A stretch of 63,663 bases of DNA, the filler included, from Candidatus Fermentibacterota bacterium (GTDB lineage: Bacteria > JAFGKV01), in assembly GCA_016928395.1 (NCBI GenBank). It is 5 parts of 5 records of this genome, joined end to end, with 100 filler letters (N's around TTAATTAATTAA, not from the genome) between each part and the next. Parts side by side here need not be neighbours in the genome. Positions count along the whole stretch, not along the records: positions 28,403 to 59,010 come from JAFGKV010000019.1; positions 59,111 to 63,663 come from JAFGKV010000139.1; 3 more parts are not named here. One strand, given 5' to 3'. The notes below the pieces were generated by a model that saw only the letters and a program-made list of their open reading frames with translations, was not told where the DNA came from and made no database searches. The first letter of the stretch is position 1; the number at the start of each line of letters is the position of its first letter. This document shows positions 57,391-63,663 of the stretch, one piece after another. The position numbers were made by a program, and so were the translations under genes.

Positions 57391-57820
57391 GTGCCGGAAC
57401 AAGGGAAGGCGAAGGTGCCGGAATACGGGACAGCGCCGATGGGCGTCGAGGACTGTGACGAAGTCCGTGGACTCTGGAGTGGGATAGAGGGAGTAGTCCT
57501 CACGCCATCGGATGATAGGTCCGCCCTGGGATACCAGCTCCGTCGCAATAAGGGTTTGAGTCTCGTGGCAAGAGACGATGAGAATCACTTCATTGGGGCG
57601 GTTCTGTGTGGGTTTGACCGCGAGGGGACACCTCAGGCACTTGGCCGTGTCGGAGTCGCATAGGAAGTGTGGTAGTGGAGGAAGCCTCGCGGAGGGGTGC
57701 GGTGCGGAACTGGGAGCTGTCAGAATTCGCCCGTGCACCACTTTCATACGGGCGAACAATGAAGAAGGGAAGATCTCCCGGGGAATGACTCGCGGGAAGG
57801 CAGGTGACGGTGGCTGGCCT
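57391..57820 (+). pseudogene. Frameshifted GNAT acetyltransferase (YpeA-like)
   Basis: MGVEDCDEVRGLW...RNKGLSLVA...IGAVLCGFD in one frame, then RGHLRHLAV..HRKCGSG...NNEEG in another; shift near 57619. 3' end approximate. Confidence 0.7.
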
Positions 57821-57892
57821 AGCACGGTGGCGCGGTCACCTGGGGGAGGGCAAGATCATCCTCTTGCCGGCTTGCCGCAGAAGGAGGAGACA

Positions 57893-58711
57893 ATGGCGCA
57901 ATGGTGGCTGCGGACCATCCGGTGCCTCATCGTGACCGAATGCGCCTTGGCGGCACCAACCGTACATGGAGGAGAATTCGAGATGACAGTACTTTACGAC
58001 AACTACGTCAGCACCCCTGGCACCACAGCGGATTGGGGGTTCTCCTGCCTGATCGAAGGTATGGAACGCACCATTCTGTTTGACACCGGAGCCGATGGTG
58101 ACCTCCTCCTCAGGAATGCACAGGCTCTGAAGAAGGACCTGTCGAAGGTCGATCTCGTGGTGCTCTCACACAATCATCGAGATCATACCGGCGGGCTGCG
58201 GCGAGTGCTCGGGGTGAACCATGACATGTCTGTCTACTTCGGCCATTCGTACCCGGGGAGTTTTGCCAAGGGTATAGCGGCAGCGGGCGCCACGCCGATC
58301 CCCGTTGATACCAGCATTGCGCTGTGCCGGAATGTGTACTCCACCGGTGAGATTCGAGGTACGGTGAATGAACAGGCGCTGGTGCTGGACACTGATCAAG
58401 GTCTGGTCGTCATTACCGGATGTTCACATCCTGGGATCGTCTCAATGCTTCGAGCGGCCCAGGCAGTGATGCACAAGCCCATACATATGGTGTATGGAGG
58501 TTTCCATCTGCGGTCCCACTCGGAAGCGCAGGTCAAGGAGATCATCCGGGAGTTCAGGGAGTTGGGGGTCGAGAAAGTCGGACCAACCCATTGCACCGGC
58601 GACCAGGCAATTGCGTTGTTCAAGCAAGAATTCGGATCCGACTTCCTTCGCATGGGAGTCGGACGTGTTGTTGCCGTCAGGGATACCCCGCAGATGATGC
58701 AGCATGAGTGA
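57893..58711 (+). CDS. MBL-fold metallo-hydrolase
   Basis: AAGGAGGAG RBS; WGFSCLI, ILFDTG, SHNHRDHTGG, TGCSHPG, GGFHL, PTHCTG. Confidence 0.9.
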   Translation: MAQWWLRTIRCLIVTECALAAPTVHGGEFEMTVLYDNYVSTPGTTADWGFSCLIEGMERTILFDTGADGDLLLRNAQALKKDLSKVDLVVLSHNHRDHTGGLRRVLGVNHDMSVYFGHSYPGSFAKGIAAAGATPIPVDTSIALCRNVYSTGEIRGTVNEQALVLDTDQGLVVITGCSHPGIVSMLRAAQAVMHKPIHMVYGGFHLRSHSEAQVKEIIREFRELGVEKVGPTHCTGDQAIALFKQEFGSDFLRMGVGRVVAVRDTPQMMQHE

Positions 58712-59010
58712 GGTCACACCACGAAGTCCCAGGCTATCCTCGCGCCATACGGAGGAGAGTCGGGCTCCCAGTGCATTCCAGGGGGTCACCCGTCTGCAAG
58801 CGGGTCTACGGGGACGCATTGTGCGCATCGATCCCCGGATTCTTGGAACAGCAGAGGGAGTGCTCCCCGGCCGGTCCGTCGTGCCGGTCGGCGGAGACGC
58901 CGTTGATGCTTCCTGAACGGGATTATCCCGGATATTTCACCAGGGAGAGCTGAGACGGGGCTGAAGCCATTGGGGAGAAAGGGATTAGGGGCAGTCGAGC
59001 GGTAGGGCAG

Positions 59011-59110
59011 NNNNNNNNNNNNNNNNNNNNNNNNNNNNNNNNNNNNNNNNNNNNTTAATTAATTAANNNNNNNNNNNNNNNNNNNNNNNNNNNNNNNNNN
59101 NNNNNNNNNN
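59011..59110. other. Assembly gap linker
   Basis: N run with TTAATTAATTAA. Confidence 0.98.
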
Positions 59111-59156
59111 GGCGCGTCACCGGCACTAGGCAGCGATTCTCCTGACGAGGCACCGA

Positions 59157-60779
59157 ATGCGTGACATCCCTCGCACACCCCCGCGCCGCGTCAACACGCT
59201 CTGGCCAGACTCCGTGGCGATCGCGAAGCGACATGCGGTACCGTGCGCCGCAGCGCTGGTCCTCTTCTTTGGCTTGAACCTCCTGCCCATGCTGATCATG
59301 GGGCGCAGTGACAGCCTTGGCAACAATACCGACAGCATCTATCACTACCTGAAGATTCTCCGGCTGAGGGGGGAGCTATCGCCTGACGCCTCCTTGGACA
59401 TAGACATCCGTCTTCCCACCGATGAAAGACTCTATCGTGGCGTGAGTCGAATCGCCGACGCGACCGGATGCACGCTGGTGCAGACCCTGCAGGCGACCTG
59501 GTGCGTCTACAGCGTGGTCTTCGTGGCGGGCAGCTATGTGCTGGGATGGCGGGTGACCGGATTGCCATGGGGTGGAAGCTTCGTGGCTGCCAGCGGCTGG
59601 GGTTTCGCCATGGCCTTGGGCGGCCACTGGGGCTGGGATTTTTCACCGGTAGTACCCCATGATCTGGCGGGGGCCTTCGTGCCGTGGCTGCTTCTGGCCT
59701 GGCGGCGCATTCGCTCCCCGGCTCACAGTGCCCTCTACTTCGCAGGACTGGGCCTCATGGCCCAGGTCTATCCGACCACCTTTGTGCATCTGGCCATGGT
59801 CAGCCTCGTCGCCCAGTTTCTGCTCGCCCCGCGTCGCGTGATGGCTCTCTTGGCGGGGGCCGCGGCGTTCGGGGTTGCCATCGTGCCGCTGGCGCACACG
59901 TGGGTCGGGCGTGGGCCCGTGCCGCGGGAGGTAATGCCCTTGCTGCAGGAGAGGTTGTCGTATCTCTCTCCCGGGAGCGTGGCAGGCCTGTGGGCGGAGT
60001 ACAAGCTTTTCCTGCTGCACGCAGGACTCTCTGTGTGCGCGGCCCTGTTGATCTCACGGCGGCCCCAGCCTCCGGGGTGGTCCAGGATTCGCGCCGTGGG
60101 TGTTGCCTCCATCGCCGCGGGAATCGCCGGGCAGTTCACGGCCCGCATAGCCTGGTGTGCCCCTTTGTTTGTGAGCCGTGCCAGTCACTATGTGTTTCCT
60201 TGGTTTTTCCTTCTGCAGGCCAGAACCCTCGCGGACCGGCCCCGGGGCTGGCGTCTGGCCGCGGGGCTGGGGCTTTGCGCCGCGAGCTTGATGCTGCGCC
60301 CGAACTTGGCCGGACCGGCCCGCGCCGTGCTCCGGGGGGCGACGATCCGCGACGCCGTGGCCGAGTTCCACATGCAAGACACGAACGAGTTTCGAGCCTT
60401 GTGCACATGGATCAACCATCACACGGTGCAGACTGATGTCGTGCTGACTCCCCCCGATGGGCGCTATCTCTTTCTCCGCGCCTATGCGCGCCGGCCGTTG
60501 GTGGGGCTGTACAAGGACTTGGGCGCGGTAACCCATGCGCGTTCCCCGCTGCTTCTGACGAACTGGGCGATGACGCGTGCCATGAAACGCGCCTTTGAGG
60601 CATGCGATTATGGCCGCGTCTACGCCATGGCACTGTCGCGAGAGTGCGCGGCCATCGTGTTTCCTCCTGAATGGCCTCCCCGACCGGAGGCTTCCTTCGC
60701 CAATGCTGCCGGGTGGGTAGTCCGGCTGAAGGCACCCGATTCTCCCGCCCCGATTGACACAACGATGCGGGGAGCCTAA
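59157..60779 (+). CDS. Polytopic membrane protein (DUF6798-like, possible GT-C fold)
   Basis: About 10 TM segments; C-terminal WINHHT..TDVVLTPP...RAYARR..VG.YK pattern. Confidence 0.6.
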   Translation: MRDIPRTPPRRVNTLWPDSVAIAKRHAVPCAAALVLFFGLNLLPMLIMGRSDSLGNNTDSIYHYLKILRLRGELSPDASLDIDIRLPTDERLYRGVSRIADATGCTLVQTLQATWCVYSVVFVAGSYVLGWRVTGLPWGGSFVAASGWGFAMALGGHWGWDFSPVVPHDLAGAFVPWLLLAWRRIRSPAHSALYFAGLGLMAQVYPTTFVHLAMVSLVAQFLLAPRRVMALLAGAAAFGVAIVPLAHTWVGRGPVPREVMPLLQERLSYLSPGSVAGLWAEYKLFLLHAGLSVCAALLISRRPQPPGWSRIRAVGVASIAAGIAGQFTARIAWCAPLFVSRASHYVFPWFFLLQARTLADRPRGWRLAAGLGLCAASLMLRPNLAGPARAVLRGATIRDAVAEFHMQDTNEFRALCTWINHHTVQTDVVLTPPDGRYLFLRAYARRPLVGLYKDLGAVTHARSPLLLTNWAMTRAMKRAFEACDYGRVYAMALSRECAAIVFPPEWPPRPEASFANAAGWVVRLKAPDSPAPIDTTMRGA

Positions 60780-60843
60780 CCTCCATGCATTGTCTTACTC
60801 TGACCCATCGACTCCGCACCGGCACTTTAGGACTTCCCACGAC

Positions 60844-61458
60844 ATGACCCGCTGGCTCCGATCCATCGACCGCTCGAAGGACAATGCCGCATACTACACC
60901 GTCCCCGGCATCGGGGCCTTCTTTCGGTGGAGGCTGCGCGCAGCTGCGGACCTTCTGAACGGAGAACGTCGCAGCCGGCTTCTCGATGTCGGATACGGAT
61001 CCGGCCTGCTTCTTGACGAATTGCGGGGTCGGGCGGATCATCTCTTCGGCGTTGATCGGCATTGCTACCACGGTGCCGCGAGGCAACGGGCACGGGCACA
61101 AGGCCTCCTGTTCCATCCGACCCGAGGCGACGTCCTGGCGCTTCCGTTCCGTGGGGAAGCATTAGACGTGGTCTTTTGCATCAGCCTTCTTGAGCATGTG
61201 CCTGATCTCCTGCATGCTGTGAATGAGATCCGCCGCGTGCTTCGACCCAATGGCGTCTTGATAGCGGGCTTCCCCCCAAAGTCCCGCCTCACGGCGCTTT
61301 GCTTCAAGGCCATCGGGTTCGATTATGCTCGGCACCATCCGAACAGCGAGGCCGCGATTCTCGCCGCCTTAGCGTCGTGTTTCGTCGTCGATTGCGTCGT
61401 TCTGCGGCCGCGGGTCGCCCCCCTGTACGTCGTGACGCGATGCACACGGAAGGAGTGA
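60844..61458 (+). CDS. Class I SAM-dependent methyltransferase
   Basis: LLDVGYGSG, GDVLALPF, LLEHVPD, RRVLRPNG. Start uncertain. Confidence 0.88.
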   Translation: MTRWLRSIDRSKDNAAYYTVPGIGAFFRWRLRAAADLLNGERRSRLLDVGYGSGLLLDELRGRADHLFGVDRHCYHGAARQRARAQGLLFHPTRGDVLALPFRGEALDVVFCISLLEHVPDLLHAVNEIRRVLRPNGVLIAGFPPKSRLTALCFKAIGFDYARHHPNSEAAILAALASCFVVDCVVLRPRVAPLYVVTRCTRKE

Positions 61459-61467
61459 TTTGCTCAT

Positions 61468-62838
61468 ATGCGCGTAGTCTTGTCGGCTCCATACCCTCGA
61501 GTAGACGCCAAGTTCGTCAGATACCATGGCATCATGGCACCACTGGGAATCCTCTACATCGCTTCGAGCCTTCGAGAACGGGGCCACCAGGTCACCGTGG
61601 TCGATGGCTATGGGGAGAGGCTGGATCCATCTTCCGCCGCCGAGGCAATACTTGATGCCAAACCCGACGTCGTCGGCCTTGGCACCAGCACGGCCAACTA
61701 CCTGACCACCAAGGAGATGGTGGCCCGCCTGCGACAGAGGACCAAGGCCCCTGTCGTTCTCGGCGGGGCCCATGGCACCGCGCTTCCGGAGATGTCCCTT
61801 CGTTCCGGCGCGTTCGACTATGTCATTCTAGGCGAAGGTGAGATGAGCTTCGCGCACCTCGTGGAATCCCTGGAACGCGGCATTCGTCCCGAGTTTCCGG
61901 GAATCGCCTATCTTGACAACGGAACATGTGTGTCCTTTCCACCGGAGCTAGTTGATCTTGCCACTATCCCACCCAAGGCATGGGATCTGGTTACCATCGA
62001 GAACTACTACCCGTCGCCTGCGGGGCGCCGGTACCTTCCCGCCATCTCAACGATTACCGCCAGAGGATGCCCCGGCCACTGCACCTACTGCGCGCTCAAC
62101 AACATCTTCAAGCATAGGGTTCGATTCGACCCCATCGAGCATGTCCGGGAGGAATTCGAGTACTTCCGGGAGCACGGGATCAAGGACTTGAACATCTGGG
62201 ATAGCGTCTTCACCGTGGATCGAGACAAGGCGATCGAGCGGTGCAGGCTGCTCAAGGAGATGGGGTTCAAATGGAACTGCAGCGCCCGCGTCACTGATGT
62301 TGACCGCGAGTTGCTCGAGATCATGGCGGATTCGGGGTGCTACCTGATCGGATATGGTGTCGAGTCGGGGTCCCAGGAGACCCTGAATCGACTTGGGCGG
62401 AAAGACCTCAGCGTGGAGAGGGTGGAGTATGCGGCCCGCGAGACCCTCAGAGCCGGGATCCATCTCAAGACCTATGTCATGTTGGGCCAGGAATGGGAGA
62501 CGCGCGAGGATATCGAACAGACCTTTGAATTCGCCAAGAAACTCCGCGCGGACTTCGTCAGCTTCTGCGTCACGAAGCCGTATCCCGGCACCGCCCTCTT
62601 CACGCAAAGCACACGTGAATGGAAGGATGAGGATTTCGAAAACTACCACCACTATTCGGGCCGAAATACCGTGTGCAAAGCCTTGAGTGGAAAGGAGCTT
62701 GAGAGGCTCTCGTCGCAGTTCTACCGACGATACTACCTGCGGCCCCGGTACCTGTGGGACACACTGAGTAGGATTCGCTCCCTCTCGGATGTTCTCCACC
62801 TTTTGCGCTCGTTCCGTGAGGCGTTTCTCGATTTCTGA
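61468..62838 (+). CDS. Cobalamin-binding radical SAM protein
   Basis: PLGILYIAS, VLGGAHGT, GEGE, RGCPGHCTYC, GVESGSQ, PYPGT. Confidence 0.93.
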   Translation: MRVVLSAPYPRVDAKFVRYHGIMAPLGILYIASSLRERGHQVTVVDGYGERLDPSSAAEAILDAKPDVVGLGTSTANYLTTKEMVARLRQRTKAPVVLGGAHGTALPEMSLRSGAFDYVILGEGEMSFAHLVESLERGIRPEFPGIAYLDNGTCVSFPPELVDLATIPPKAWDLVTIENYYPSPAGRRYLPAISTITARGCPGHCTYCALNNIFKHRVRFDPIEHVREEFEYFREHGIKDLNIWDSVFTVDRDKAIERCRLLKEMGFKWNCSARVTDVDRELLEIMADSGCYLIGYGVESGSQETLNRLGRKDLSVERVEYAARETLRAGIHLKTYVMLGQEWETREDIEQTFEFAKKLRADFVSFCVTKPYPGTALFTQSTREWKDEDFENYHHYSGRNTVCKALSGKELERLSSQFYRRYYLRPRYLWDTLSRIRSLSDVLHLLRSFREAFLDF

Positions 62839-63073
62839 CGGCAGGATGGCATACCGAATACGCCGTCATGCCATGGCTGATGGCGACTACCCCGCATACG
62901 AATCCCTATGGTAGGTCGGACGTGAATGCACGAATCGTCCCATCCTCGACCCAGAGTGGTGATTCTTCTCTCTTGTCTTCATCCATCCGGCCGGAGGCCA
63001 CTGGCCGCGCCGGGCGCATACCGCGAACCTGTAGCACGCGCGTTGCCCTTCTGCTTGACCCGAGAGACGAGTG

Positions 63074-63663
63074 ATGGAGGAATCTGAGCAAGCCAGCCGA
63101 GAGCAGCGCCGACTCCATCGGTGGCGCCGCGTCACTGGATATCTCTTGCGCTCCATGCGAGACTTCCACCAACGGATCATCCCTCCCGACGATTCGGTGA
63201 TGCAGGCCAGGTGCGGCACCGGCGATCTCCTTGCGGCGGTGCGGCCGGTCGACGCGGTGGGGATCGAGCCCGATCCTTTCTTCGCCTCACTCTGCCGAGC
63301 CCGGCACCCAGAGATCACGCTCATCCAGGAGGAGGTGGCCGCCGCAACCCCGCAGGCGCGGTTCCGCTACGCGATTGCCTGTCACCTCCTGGAGCAGGAA
63401 GACGATTGCCTGAAAGCGGTGCACAGTCTCGGGAGGTGGCTCGTGCCCCGCGGACGCCTGATTTTCACATTCTTGAATCCCCTGTGGGCGCCCGTTGTCC
63501 GGCTATGCGAGCTCTTTGGTCTTCGCCCCCGGGACCGGCGCTACAACTACCTTACGGCGCGCGATGTGACGAATCTATGCCTCTTGGCCGGCTATGACGT
63601 TGTGGAGGAAGGATACAAGGTCTTCTGTCCCCTCCCGATTCCTCTGCTCACTCCGTTTCTCAA
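63074..63663 (+). CDS. 3'-truncated methyltransferase-like protein (possibly a methyltransferase/GT2 fusion)
   Basis: Not in the ORF track because it has no stop in the window. My translation: RWRR..GY...IIPPDDSVMQARCGTGDLLAAVRP..AVGIE...NPLWAPV...NYL...DVTNLCLLAGY. Confidence 0.7.
   Translation, partial: MEESEQASREQRRLHRWRRVTGYLLRSMRDFHQRIIPPDDSVMQARCGTGDLLAAVRPVDAVGIEPDPFFASLCRARHPEITLIQEEVAAATPQARFRYAIACHLLEQEDDCLKAVHSLGRWLVPRGRLIFTFLNPLWAPVVRLCELFGLRPRDRRYNYLTARDVTNLCLLAGYDVVEEGYKVFCPLPIPLLTPFL

Noticed and set aside
57578..58711. 377-aa ORF as a real GNAT-MBL fusion
   Set aside because: The front part is half of a frameshifted GNAT; the MBL has its own strong RBS at 57893.
58704..58916. 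FeoA-like small ORF
   Set aside because: Resemblance is limited to RLQAGLRGRIVRI; too short and degenerate to support.

Overview
GC-rich bacterial draft or metagenome sequence made of five unlinked segments joined by 100-bp N/TTAATTAATTAA linkers (gaps 9712-9811, 14256-14355, 28303-28402, 59011-59110); adjacency across gaps means nothing. T9SS/FlgD-type C-terminal domains and a Gld-like ABC transporter suggest an FCB-superphylum organism (inference). Segment 1 holds an ECF sigma/anti-sigma/periplasmic triad, a lipoprotein, a TolC-MacAB-type exporter and a TonB-like protein. Segment 2 holds a degenerate HATPase-like ORF, an FG-GAP-repeat sensor kinase, an NtrC-family regulator and an IS481-like end. 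Segment 3 holds a coupled operon (CCG Fe-S oxidoreductase, DUF1460, GT2, DUF4922, SpoIID), two secreted paralogs, GT-C/TPR, an L,D-transpeptidase and hutH with a large insertion. Segment 4 holds a HEAT protein, a DUF6602-like protein, GntR, ZIP, a large secreted protein, a HerA-like ATPase, a YdjG/YdjI-like pair, an acyl-CoA ligase, the Gld-like ABC, a decayed vapBC, an FG-GAP remnant, a ferritin-like protein, tamBA, a GNAT pseudogene and an MBL hydrolase. Segment 5 is a likely surface-glycan modification cluster. The strongest leads are a twice-repeated candidate ECF promoter (TGTAACC-N13-GTGCCACTA), the putative cytoplasmic muropeptide-sugar recycling operon, the FG-GAP kinase system, and a family of modular intergenic repeats. 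No rRNA, tRNA or CRISPR array was recognised. All family assignments are by-eye motif recognition, not database searches.
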